This document shows, in pieces, positions 45,124-60,159 of a DNA stretch of 64,000 nt. The position numbers were made by a program, and so were the translations under genes. Under the pieces are notes generated by a model, which had not been told where the DNA came from, did no database searches, and saw nothing but the letters and a program-made list of their open reading frames with translations. The stretch covers positions 96,001-160,000 of the forward strand of contig CAVUQH010000005.1 of NCBI GenBank assembly GCA_963743525.1, written 5' to 3'. Each line of letters starts with the position of its first letter. Position 1 is the stretch's first letter. The stretch comes from an uncultured delta proteobacterium (GTDB taxonomy: Bacteria > Myxococcota_A > Polyangia > Haliangiales > Haliangiaceae).

Positions 45124-47472
45124 GTGACCCAATTGTCCAAGTGGAAGCTTGCGACGCTGATTTTCGGCGTCGCGACCCTGTTTTCGGTCCGTTCCGCGCT
45201 GCGCGGTGGTGGCAGCGCCTCCGCCGCCGCCGACCTGAAGCCGCCCCCCGCCACCCAGGCGGCCCTGATGAGGCAGCTGCGGATCCCGGCCTCGGCCCTG
45301 GGCATCCACGAGGAGCAGGCGATCGCTCAGCTGAAACGGGCCCGGAGCCCGCAACAGATCGCCATGGCGGCGCAGAAGCTGGGCTTCATCGGGACCGATC
45401 TCTCGGTCGAGGCGCTGGCCGAGAAGATCCCCGATCCCCGCCCCGGAGTGCCCGAGGCGGTGCTGTCGGCGATTGGCCACATTGGCAGCGACGAGGCGGT
45501 GAGCGTCCTCCTCGACACCGAGGCCAACGGCAGCGTCCGCCAGCGCAACGCGGCGATCGCCGCGCTGGGGCAGACCACCGCGCCGGCCGCGCGCAAACGG
45601 CTGGGCGAGCTGGCGCTGTCCCGCGGCGAGCCGGCCCGGTTCCAGGCCATCTACGCCCTCGGCCAGATGGGCGGCGACGGCGCCTTTCAAGTGATGGAGC
45701 AGCTGGTCCACGAGCGGTCGCCGCAGATCACCCAGGCGGTGGTGTCGGCGCTGGCGCAGATGGGCACCGACGGCGCCGATCAGCTGCTGCTGCAGCTGTC
45801 GCGGTCGCCGGATCCGCAGGTGCGCGCGCAGGCGCTGGCCAGCATGCCGGCGAACACGCCGGAGGCGCAGGCGTCGCTGATGGAGCTGGTCGCTTCGGGC
45901 GATCCGCAGAGCGCGTCGGCGGCGGCTCAGGCACTGGGCCAGGCGGGCGCGACCGAGGCCGTGCCGCTGCTCCTGGACGTGGCCAAGACCGGCAACATGC
46001 AGGTGCGCAACGCGGCCATCTACGCCCTGGGCAGCATCGGCGGCGCCGACGCGTGCAAGGCGCTGGGCGAGATCCTGGCGTCGGGCAACCGGCAGTCGGC
46101 GCAGGCGGCGGCGCAGTCGCTGGCGCAGATGGGCACCGACGATGCGCGCGACCTGCTGCTGTCGGCGGTGCGCGACGGTCGGGTCGATACCCAGAGCGCG
46201 ATCTACGCGCTGCAGCAGCTGCGCGGGCCGGAGGTCGATGCGTTGATGCTGGAAGTGGCCAAGAGCGGCCGGCCGTACGAGCGCCAGGCGGCGCTGCAGC
46301 ATTTGGTGCAGACGGGCAGCCCGGAGGCGATCAAGCTGGCCATCGACGCGGCCAAGGGCGGGCCGCGCAACCAGCGGGTCCAGGCGATGCAGCTGTTGTC
46401 GGACGCGGATACCGAGGCGTCGCGGGCGGCGCTGATCGAGATCGCCGATGGCGCCAGTGGCTATACCAAGGTGCAGGCGCTGCAGATGCTGGCGCGTCAT
46501 CGGCCGGACGATCCGGCGGTGTCGCAGATGCTGGTCGAGTCGCTGTTCTCGGGCCGGCGCGATGAGGCACAGGCTGCTGCCGGTGCGCTGGCGCAGGCGG
46601 GGACTGATGAGGCGCGCGATGCGTTGATCGCGGCGCTGCAGAGTGACGACCCCAACATCTCGGCGGCCGCGGCCACGTACATGACGCAGATCGGCAGCGG
46701 GCCGGAGATTCGCGAGGCCTTGGCCGACGCTGCCAGGAACGGGGCGCCGCAGGTTCGCCAGCAGGCGCTGGCGCAGCTGATCCAGTCGGGCGACGACGCC
46801 GGCTTCGATCTGGCGCGGGAGGCGATCGCCAGTGGAGAGCCGGGGGTGGCCCAGCAAGTTACCTGGGCGCTGGCGCAGTCGGGCACGGAGCGCGCGCGGC
46901 AGCTCCTGGGCGAGGCGGCGAGTAGTGGTGATGCCAGCGTTCGCGCTGCGGCCGTTCAGGGGTTGGCGCAGTCGGGGGATACCCAGGCTGTGCAGACCAT
47001 CATGGGGCGCTTGCACGATGACGATCAGAACGTGCGGAACGCGGCGTACAGCGCGTTGGCCCAGGTGGGGACGAGTGATGCGATCGATACGTTGCTGTTG
47101 ACGGCGCAGAGCGGCGAGTTGACGGATCGGCGGATGGCGGTGAGCGTGCTGTCCGGGGTCGATAGCGGGAAGGCGCAGGAGGCGATCGCCAGTCTGATTC
47201 GCGATCCGGATCCGCAGGTTGCGACGGCTGCGATCTATGCGTCGTACAACGGCGGCTCGGATGCGGATGCGGCGCTGCTGGCGGTGCTGCAGGATGGGTC
47301 GGCGGCGGATCAGGTGAAGGTGGCTGCGGCCAGTCAGTTGCGAAGCCGGGGGGCGGAGCTGGACGACGGTCAGCAGGCGGTGGTCACGCAGCTGTTGGGA
47401 TCGCCGCCGCCGGCGTATGGCGGCGCGGGGTACGGCGGGTACTACCCGATGGACGACGACATCATGTTCTAG
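45124..47472 (+). CDS. HEAT-repeat protein with N-terminal signal/TM
   Basis: Repeated VRNAAIYALGSIG-type units. Confidence 0.85.
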   Translation: MTQLSKWKLATLIFGVATLFSVRSALRGGGSASAAADLKPPPATQAALMRQLRIPASALGIHEEQAIAQLKRARSPQQIAMAAQKLGFIGTDLSVEALAEKIPDPRPGVPEAVLSAIGHIGSDEAVSVLLDTEANGSVRQRNAAIAALGQTTAPAARKRLGELALSRGEPARFQAIYALGQMGGDGAFQVMEQLVHERSPQITQAVVSALAQMGTDGADQLLLQLSRSPDPQVRAQALASMPANTPEAQASLMELVASGDPQSASAAAQALGQAGATEAVPLLLDVAKTGNMQVRNAAIYALGSIGGADACKALGEILASGNRQSAQAAAQSLAQMGTDDARDLLLSAVRDGRVDTQSAIYALQQLRGPEVDALMLEVAKSGRPYERQAALQHLVQTGSPEAIKLAIDAAKGGPRNQRVQAMQLLSDADTEASRAALIEIADGASGYTKVQALQMLARHRPDDPAVSQMLVESLFSGRRDEAQAAAGALAQAGTDEARDALIAALQSDDPNISAAAATYMTQIGSGPEIREALADAARNGAPQVRQQALAQLIQSGDDAGFDLAREAIASGEPGVAQQVTWALAQSGTERARQLLGEAASSGDASVRAAAVQGLAQSGDTQAVQTIMGRLHDDDQNVRNAAYSALAQVGTSDAIDTLLLTAQSGELTDRRMAVSVLSGVDSGKAQEAIASLIRDPDPQVATAAIYASYNGGSDADAALLAVLQDGSAADQVKVAAASQLRSRGAELDDGQQAVVTQLLGSPPPAYGGAGYGGYYPMDDDIMF

Positions 47473-47595
47473 GCGGACGGGCCCCGCGCGCGTGGTGCTC
47501 GCGTGCCATCAACCGAGGGTGCCGCGGATGTGGCGGGGCTCGTTCGTCGATTTACCGGCTCCCTTCAGCTTTCCCGGTGAGGGCGCGCGAGAACG

Positions 47596-47627
47596 AAAAC
47601 GGGGCGGGGTTCGTCGCCCCGCCCCGT
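47596..47627 (-). terminator. Rho-independent terminator of clpX
   Basis: 11-bp stem ACGGGGCGGGG/CCCCGCCCCGT followed by a T-run on the minus strand. Confidence 0.8.
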
Positions 47628-47652
47628 GTCTTTCTGCGTTCTTGCGTCGCGC

Positions 47653-48864
<1,212 letters not shown>

Positions 48865-48999
48865 CTGCTTTGATTCTTACATATGGGGCGGGCCTGGCAA
48901 CACCCCGTGACTTCACTCCCGGGCGAATTCGCCTCGGTGACGGCCAGCGGGATCACACCAGAAACCACTTGACGCACTGGGTCATTTTGTTGCGAGACT

Positions 49000-49719
<720 letters not shown>

Positions 49720-49780
49720 CGCCGGACGGCGCCCCACCGGGCCAACTGTGGCGCCGAACCGGGGTATGATCGGCGCATCC

Positions 49781-50972
<1,192 letters not shown>

Positions 50973-50978
50973 TCGCGA

Positions 50979-51845
50979 TCAGCGACTGACGACGCGGCGC
51001 TCGGGGCGGTCGTAGTGGATCATCTCCACGCGGACGTTGCCGTACTCGGTGTGGGCTTCGACCAGGACCGGCAGGCGGTTGGCGTCGTCGGTGATCCACA
51101 CGGTATAGGTGCGTGGCGGCCTGCTGGTGACCACGCGCAGGCGGCCGTCGAGACGCTGGCCGCTGCCTTCGAAGCGCAGCGTCGGCACCACGCCGAACGA
51201 GGTCTTGAGCGTCTCGCGCTTGCTGAAGACGATGTCGTTGCGCCACAGGCGGCGGCCGCTGAGGACGTAGAAGTAGGCGCGCGCGCCGTCAGCCGGTTCC
51301 CACGCACGGAGAGCGCCGATGATCGACAGGCCGTCGTGGGCGATGCCGCCGGGAATCGCCTGGATGTAGTGCATCACCCCGGGGCGGCCGTGGCGCTGGT
51401 AGCGCAGGTGATAGCCGCGCGGGGTGAACTCGGTTTGGACCTCGGACTCTTTGTCGCCGAACTTGAGCGACGCCTCGTGCTTGATCGGCGCGCCGGTCTC
51501 GAGATCGATCCACGACGTGACGTCGTCGCGCACTTCCTTGATCATCGACAGCACGCCCGAGGTGCGCGTTCGCGAGCGCACGACCACGGCGTTGTGTCCG
51601 TCGACGACACCGGGCTGTCCCAGCGCGAGCGACGCCTGCGCGCCGACGACGCCGTGCAGCGAGATGTCCCAGGTCATCTGCTCGCCGGGGATGAAGAAGG
51701 TCGGTCCGGACGGCAGCGGTACCGGCGGGCCGTCGGGCGCCTCGTAGGTGGCCAGCTCGTGTCCGCCGACATTGGCTCCGCCGCATCCCCAGCCGCCCGC
51801 GAGCGCGAGACCTAGAGCGGCGGTTACAGCAGAAGCACGCGTCAT
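50979..51845 (-). CDS. DUF3108-like lipoprotein
   Basis: Lipobox GGWG-C; PGEQMTW; VWITDDANRLPV. Confidence 0.7.
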   Translation of the reverse strand: MTRASAVTAALGLALAGGWGCGGANVGGHELATYEAPDGPPVPLPSGPTFFIPGEQMTWDISLHGVVGAQASLALGQPGVVDGHNAVVVRSRTRTSGVLSMIKEVRDDVTSWIDLETGAPIKHEASLKFGDKESEVQTEFTPRGYHLRYQRHGRPGVMHYIQAIPGGIAHDGLSIIGALRAWEPADGARAYFYVLSGRRLWRNDIVFSKRETLKTSFGVVPTLRFEGSGQRLDGRLRVVTSRPPRTYTVWITDDANRLPVLVEAHTEYGNVRVEMIHYDRPERRVVSR

Positions 51846-51943
51846 TCCCTATATGAAAAATGGCGGATGGGCGCGCACCTGGCAAGGAAAGCTTCCGGTA
51901 GGCGAAGGTGCGACTCGTCACGAGAGCGAGTAGTCTGGTGGCG

Positions 51944-52918
51944 ATGGTCACGCGCATCGGCATCTCTCTGGGCGATCCGGCAGGTGTCGGTCCGGAAATC
52001 GTCGCCGCCGCGCTGCTCGCCGCCGACGCCGCGACCCGTGCCCGCGTGGTGGTGTTCGGCGATCGCCTGCTGCTCGATCGCGCGCTGGCGCAGCGCGGCG
52101 AGAAGCTTCCGCCCGGCGTCGAGGTCGACGATCGCGGCGCGCCCGAGGCGGCGGCTATCTGCCCGGGAGCGCCGTCGGAAGCCAGTGGCCGGGCGCAGGT
52201 CGACTATCTCGAGGCTGCGGTCGGCGCCGCGCGCGCCGGCCGCATCGGCGGCCTGGTGACCGCGCCGATCTCCAAGAGCTGGGCGGCTCGGGCCGGGTTT
52301 CGCTTTCCCGGCCACACCGAGTACCTGGCCAATCGGCTGGGCGCGCCCGATGTGGCGATGATGTTTGCCGGGCCCCGGCTGCGCGTGGTGCTGGTTACCG
52401 TGCACGTGGCGCTGGCCGAGGTGCCCGCGCGCCTCACCGCCGAGCTGATCGACCGCCGCGTGCAGATGGCGGCGCGTACGCTCGCGCGCGACTTCGGCGT
52501 CACCCGCCCGCGAGTCGGTGTGGTCGGCCTCAACCCGCACGCGGGGGAGGGCGGCATGTTCGGCGGCGAAGAGGTCGCGGTCATCGGTCCCGGTATCGAC
52601 GCCGCGCGCCGCGCGTTGGGCGACGCCGCCGAGGTCAGGGGGCCGCTGGTGCCCGACGCCGCCTTTCGCGCCGCAGTGTCCGGCGAACACGACGTGCTGG
52701 TGGCGATGTACCACGACCAGGCGCTGATCCCGGTCAAGCTGATCGACTTCGAGGAAGCGGTCAACGTCACGCTGGGGCTGCCGATCGTGCGCACGTCACC
52801 CGATCACGGGACCGCCTACGACATCGCCGGCAGTGGCCGCGCGCGGGCCGGCAGCTTTGCTGCCGCGCTGCGTCTGGCCTGCGAGCTGACCGATCGGCGA
52901 GCGACCAGTCGCGGGTAG
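51944..52918 (+). CDS. pdxA: 4-hydroxythreonine-4-phosphate dehydrogenase
   Basis: GDPAGVGPE, GHTEYL, GLNPHAGE, MYHDQ, NVTLGLPIVRTSPDHGTA. Confidence 0.96.
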   Translation: MVTRIGISLGDPAGVGPEIVAAALLAADAATRARVVVFGDRLLLDRALAQRGEKLPPGVEVDDRGAPEAAAICPGAPSEASGRAQVDYLEAAVGAARAGRIGGLVTAPISKSWAARAGFRFPGHTEYLANRLGAPDVAMMFAGPRLRVVLVTVHVALAEVPARLTAELIDRRVQMAARTLARDFGVTRPRVGVVGLNPHAGEGGMFGGEEVAVIGPGIDAARRALGDAAEVRGPLVPDAAFRAAVSGEHDVLVAMYHDQALIPVKLIDFEEAVNVTLGLPIVRTSPDHGTAYDIAGSGRARAGSFAAALRLACELTDRRATSRG

Positions 52919-52929
52919 CCGGCGCTCGC

Positions 52930-53619
<690 letters not shown>

Positions 53620-53670
53620 GACTGCGGAATGTAGCAGTGCTCGCAAGAGGCAACAAGACTGTAACGATAA

Positions 53671-54474
53671 TTACCAAGGTCTTTCCGCCGGAGGGGCGGT
53701 GGCCCCCCGGCGGCCGCTCCAGATGAGCAAACCACCGCAGACGCACAGGAATCCGCAAATCAGGCCCCACATCAGAGGAAAGGTGTGGAGGCTCCAGGTC
53801 GCCGCGGGGATCACTTCGGCGCCGACGATCAGCACCAGGGCGTTGTTGAGGAAGTGCATGACCATACCCGGCAGCACGCTGTCGGTGGCCAGGCAGGCGG
53901 CGCCCAGCACCAGGCCGAAGGCGGAGGTCGTGGCCATGTGCGCCGGGTGAAGGTGGGTGACGCCGAACAGCAGCGCCGACAACACGACCGCTCCCGCCGG
54001 GCCGAGCCGGGAGCGCAGCCCACGACAGAGGGCTCCGCGCATCAGCAGCTCTTCGCACAGCGCCGGCATCACCGACACGATGGTGATGATCAGCCACAGC
54101 GGCAGGCTGCCGGCGAGCAGGCTCTGGTCGAGGGAGCGCACCAGGTCGCGGCCGTGCAGGTAGCGGTCGGCCAGCGGTGCGACCAGCTGCAGGTTGACGT
54201 ACCAGAACGACGATCCGATCAGCACGGCGCCCAGCATCGCGCGCCCGCGCGCCCGGCGAAGGCCCAGCAGCGCGGCGGCGCCGGTGATCGTCTCGCTGCG
54301 CACACCGGCCGCGATCGCCGCCGGACCGGCGATGCACATGAGCTGCACCACGATCATCGCCGACAGTCCCAGCCACATGTACATCGCCGGCGCGACGACG
54401 ATCAGCGACGCCAGCGCGACGGCGTAGGCGATCAGCGCCTCGAGTGCTGGCAGCTGGCGGGTCGGCGGGCGCAT
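53671..54474 (-). CDS. CPBP (CAAX/Abi) family intramembrane metalloprotease
   Basis: EELLMRG, LFGVTH, HFLNN. Confidence 0.9.
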   Translation of the reverse strand: MRPPTRQLPALEALIAYAVALASLIVVAPAMYMWLGLSAMIVVQLMCIAGPAAIAAGVRSETITGAAALLGLRRARGRAMLGAVLIGSSFWYVNLQLVAPLADRYLHGRDLVRSLDQSLLAGSLPLWLIITIVSVMPALCEELLMRGALCRGLRSRLGPAGAVVLSALLFGVTHLHPAHMATTSAFGLVLGAACLATDSVLPGMVMHFLNNALVLIVGAEVIPAATWSLHTFPLMWGLICGFLCVCGGLLIWSGRRGATAPPAERPW

Positions 54475-54497
54475 GTCGGGCCATGGTACAAGAGGTC

Positions 54498-55073
54498 GTG
54501 CGCGGCTTCCTCCTGGGGTTGATCTTCGGTGCGGTTCTCGGCGCCGGCGGTGTCTACGGGGCCCTCGAGCGCCCCTGGCGGTCCCACGCCACGACCGCCG
54601 ACGTGGCCCCGGATGCCGGGCCCGCGGCTCCGAGCAAGAGCAAGCGCAAGCGCCGCCGGCACAAGCGCCGCGCCGGCACCGACGACGCTCCGCCCGTGCT
54701 CACCGCCGCCGATCGCAAGCTGGCGTGGAAGGGCGACGCCGTGTCGATGCCGGCCAAGACCATGGACATGGGCGCCGGCGGCTCGTCCGGCCGGTCGATG
54801 AACGCCGACGAGATCAACGGCACCATCAAGTCCGACTCCGATGCCGTCGTTCGCTGCATCACCGACGCCACCGGCGAAGCCGACCTGGCCGCCGACGTTA
54901 CCTTGAAGATGCTGGTCAACGGCGACGGTCGCGTGCGCAAGATGCGCATGCGCGCGCCGCAGTACCTGTTCGACCAGGGCGCCTACGGCTGCGTCCGCAG
55001 CGCGGCCATGGCCATGCGCTTCCCCGCCACCGGCGACTACACGGTCGTCACCGCGCCGTTCACGCTCAACTGA
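54498..55073 (+). CDS. Membrane-anchored protein with TonB-C/AgmX-like C-terminal domain
   Basis: N-terminal TM; VVRC...LVNGDGRV...GCV....MRFP...VTAPF. Confidence 0.55.
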   Translation: MRGFLLGLIFGAVLGAGGVYGALERPWRSHATTADVAPDAGPAAPSKSKRKRRRHKRRAGTDDAPPVLTAADRKLAWKGDAVSMPAKTMDMGAGGSSGRSMNADEINGTIKSDSDAVVRCITDATGEADLAADVTLKMLVNGDGRVRKMRMRAPQYLFDQGAYGCVRSAAMAMRFPATGDYTVVTAPFTLN

Positions 55074-55076
55074 GCG

Positions 55077-56831
<1,755 letters not shown>

Positions 56832-56871
56832 AGCTCGGTCCGGCGTCCCGTGCCCGCGATACAATCGGTCC

Positions 56872-59800
56872 GTGCTGGGGTTCGAGGTCCGCGCCGGGGA
56901 GGGGCGGCTGGTCGGCCGGGCGGCGGCCGTGGCCGCGCTGGCGGGAGCGGCGGTGGCGATGGTCGCCAGCGCCTCGGACGCCCTGTTCGTGTCGCGGGTG
57001 GGCGTCCGCCAGCTGGGCACCCTGTTCGCGGTGTCGAGCGCGGCGCTGGTCGTGGTCCTGGGCTACGTCGGCGCGCTGGCCGACCGCGTCAACCGCGGGC
57101 GGCTGCTCCTCGGCCTGGCCGCGGTCGCCGCGCTGGTGGTCGCCGGCCTGGCCGCCGGTCTCGAGCTGGCGCCGGGACCGGTCTCGGTGCTGGCGGTGGT
57201 CCTGGGCAAGCAGCTGGCAGCCGCCTTCGACCTGGCGTTCTGGGTGCTGATCGCCGAGCGCCTCGACGCCCGGCAGGGGCGCCGGCTGGTGCCGCTGCTG
57301 GTCACCGCGTCGGGAGTCGGGACCACGCTCGGCGCCTTTGCCGTCGACCCGATCGCCGGTGCGCTCGGCGCCCGCGGCGTGCTGGCGGTGGCGGCGGCGA
57401 TCTACGTCGTCTGCGGCGCCGCCTCGGCCGGGTTGTCGCGCGCCGACCTGGGTCGCGCGATTCCCGAGCCGACGTCGCGCCGTCCGCCGGCGTGGCGCGG
57501 CGGGTGGCAGGCAGTCCGGCAGCGGCCGCTGGCCGGGCGGCTGGCGCTGCTCGTCGCCGTCGCCGGCGCGTTCGCGCCGATTCTCTACTACCTGTTCGGT
57601 GTCGCCGCCGCCGCGCGCTTTCCCGACGAGGTCGCGCTGGCCGGCTTCCTCGGTCACTACCGGGGCGCGGTGCAGGTGGCGATCCTTCTGGCCGCGTTCC
57701 TGACGCCGGGGCTGCTCGCGCGGTTGGGCGTGGCGCCGGCGCTGCTGGTCGCGCCGATCGGCGCCGTCGCCGCCGCGGCGGTGATTGGTCTGGGCGGCGG
57801 CCTGGTGGTCATCGCCGCGGCGCAGGCGTCGGCGCGGCTGTTCGACACCGCGGTCGAGACACCGGCCGAGAAGCTGGTGCTCAACTTGTTGCCGCGCCAG
57901 GTGCGCGGTCGCGTGCAGGGGTTCGTCGACGGGGTGGCCAAGCGCGCGGGCGCCATCGCCGGTGGCCTGGCGGCGTCGGCGCTGGTGGTGTGGCCGCACA
58001 TCCTGGCGGCGGTGACCATCGTCGTCGCGGCGATGTGGACGGCGGCTGCGTGGCGCCTGCGCCGTCGCTTCGCCGAGCTGGCGGTGGCCGAGCTGGCGGC
58101 GCGGCCGCGGGCGGGCGAGGGCGGCGACGCCGCGGCGCAGCTGGGCGACGAGCGCAGCCTGCGCACGTTGCGCCGCGAGCTGGTCCGCGGTGGCGGCCGT
58201 CGCGCGCTGGCGGTGGAGCTCTTGCTCGAGCTCGACGCCGGGCGCGGTCGGGTCAACGCCGCTGCCGAGCTGGCCCACGCCGCGGCGAAGGTCTACGGCG
58301 AGGAGCGGCGCGAGCTCCTGCGCGCTCTCGATCGGCTGATCCAGTCGGGTGGCGAGCGCCGGTTGCCACCGGCGGCGGCCGACGCGCTGCTCGGCCTGCT
58401 CGGCGAGGCCGATGAAGAGCGCGCGCTGGCGGTGGCGGTGCTCGGGCGGGTCACCGCCAGCGGCGATCACGCCGCGGTGCTGTCGCTCACCGGCATGGCC
58501 GACGATGCGCAGGAGGCCCACGTGCGCATGGTTGCGCGGCTGGCGCTGGCGCGCATTCGCGGCGACGCCGACGAGCTGGAGGCGCTGATCGACGACTGCC
58601 TCTACGACGGTGGGCCCGGCGAGCGCGCCGCTGCCATCGCCGAGCTGCGCTCCGATCTGGCCCGGGCGCTGGGCCAGGTGCCGGCGGATCTCGAGCGGGC
58701 GATGACGCGGGCGCGGGCGTTGCTCCGCGCGCTGCGCCGGCAGCCGCCCGAGCCGGCCGAGGTCGCCGGGTTGTCGGCACTGGCCGACGTCGTCGGCGCG
58801 GCGCGGGATGCCGGCGCTGGCGCCGAGCTGGTGCTGCTGTCGACCGATGCGCGGGCGCTGGCCATGCGCGCGCTGGACGCATCGTCGGCGCCGGTACGCG
58901 CGGCCGCGGTCGGCCTCCTGGCGCGGCTCGGCGACGCCGCCGACGCCCACGCTGTCGCCGGCGCGCTGGCCGACGTCGACGACGACGTGCGCCAGGCGGC
59001 GGCCCGCGGCCTGCGCGGCATGGGCCAGGTCGCGCTGGAGGTGTTGCTGGTGCTGGCCAGCTACGGTCGGCGCCAGGCGCGCAACGCCGCGCTCGAGATC
59101 GTGCGCGACCTGCGGCCGTCGAGCGCCGAGCTCGACGATCTGATCGAGCGCGAGCTGGGCGAGATCGAGGCGACCACCGCGCGGCTGTCGGCGCTGGGCG
59201 AGCTGCCCGGGGCGACGCTGCTCGTGCGCCGGCTCGACGAGCGGGTGGGCGAGGCGGCGCACACCCTGCTCCTGGCGCTGGAGGCCAAGCTCGGCCAGGC
59301 GACCATCGGCGAGGCGGCCCGGCGGTTCCTCCGCGCGCGCGATCCGATCGCCCGCGCGCGCGCACTGGAGGCGCTCGACACGGTGTTGCCGCGATCGATC
59401 GCGCGACGCGTGCTGGCGCCGCTGGATGCCGGGCCCGCCGCCGAGCGATCGCTGTCCGCGGCCCGCCGCCTGGGCAGCGATTTGCCCACCGCCGAGGATG
59501 CGGTGCGCGCCGAGCTCGACGGTCCCGATCACCTGGCGCGGGCACTGGTGCTCTACGCCCTGGGCGAGAGCGGCCGCGCCCGCCACCGCGATGCCATCGC
59601 CGCCGCCGCCGCCCGCGCGGTCCGCGACGCCGATCCGCTGCAGCTGATCCGCCGCCTGGCCGGCGCCGCCCCGGCCAACGAAGACCAACCGACCGAATCA
59701 CCCGCGGCCGACGCCGCGACGACGGAGGACGAGATGCCGAGAACCGTGGAGACCCTGATCGCGCTCAGCCAGGTGCCGATCTTCAGCGAGCTGACCACCC

Positions 59801-60159
59801 GCCAGCTGGCCGACCTGGCCGAGGTGGTCAGCTGGCACAACGCCCGCGCCGGTCAGGCGCTGGTCGAGCAGGGTGAGGCCGGCGGCGCCATGTTCTTCAT
59901 CGTCTCCGGCGAGGTCGAGGTCACCGCCGGCGGGCGCACTCTCGGCCATCTCGGCGCCGGCGAGGTGTTCGGCGAGATGGCGCTGTTCGAGGACGAGTCG
60001 CGCTCGGCCACCGTCACCGCCGGCGGCCGGGTTCGCGTCGGTCGCATCGAGCGCGCCGACTTCGAGGAGCTGGTCGAAGACGTCCCCGGCATCGCCCTGG
60101 CCATCTGCCGGGTCCTCAGCCGCCGTGTCCGCACCCTCAACGCCGAGCTTGCCGCCTAG
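56872..60159 (+). CDS. NTT/MFS-like transporter domain fused to HEAT repeats and a cNMP-binding domain
   Basis: EVRAGEGR, DALFVSRVG, FWVL..ERLDARQGRRL; HEAT units; FGEMALF...RSATV. Confidence 0.82.
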   Translation: MLGFEVRAGEGRLVGRAAAVAALAGAAVAMVASASDALFVSRVGVRQLGTLFAVSSAALVVVLGYVGALADRVNRGRLLLGLAAVAALVVAGLAAGLELAPGPVSVLAVVLGKQLAAAFDLAFWVLIAERLDARQGRRLVPLLVTASGVGTTLGAFAVDPIAGALGARGVLAVAAAIYVVCGAASAGLSRADLGRAIPEPTSRRPPAWRGGWQAVRQRPLAGRLALLVAVAGAFAPILYYLFGVAAAARFPDEVALAGFLGHYRGAVQVAILLAAFLTPGLLARLGVAPALLVAPIGAVAAAAVIGLGGGLVVIAAAQASARLFDTAVETPAEKLVLNLLPRQVRGRVQGFVDGVAKRAGAIAGGLAASALVVWPHILAAVTIVVAAMWTAAAWRLRRRFAELAVAELAARPRAGEGGDAAAQLGDERSLRTLRRELVRGGGRRALAVELLLELDAGRGRVNAAAELAHAAAKVYGEERRELLRALDRLIQSGGERRLPPAAADALLGLLGEADEERALAVAVLGRVTASGDHAAVLSLTGMADDAQEAHVRMVARLALARIRGDADELEALIDDCLYDGGPGERAAAIAELRSDLARALGQVPADLERAMTRARALLRALRRQPPEPAEVAGLSALADVVGAARDAGAGAELVLLSTDARALAMRALDASSAPVRAAAVGLLARLGDAADAHAVAGALADVDDDVRQAAARGLRGMGQVALEVLLVLASYGRRQARNAALEIVRDLRPSSAELDDLIERELGEIEATTARLSALGELPGATLLVRRLDERVGEAAHTLLLALEAKLGQATIGEAARRFLRARDPIARARALEALDTVLPRSIARRVLAPLDAGPAAERSLSAARRLGSDLPTAEDAVRAELDGPDHLARALVLYALGESGRARHRDAIAAAAARAVRDADPLQLIRRLAGAAPANEDQPTESPAADAATTEDEMPRTVETLIALSQVPIFSELTTRQLADLAEVVSWHNARAGQALVEQGEAGGAMFFIVSGEVEVTAGGRTLGHLGAGEVFGEMALFEDESRSATVTAGGRVRVGRIERADFEELVEDVPGIALAICRVLSRRVRTLNAELAA

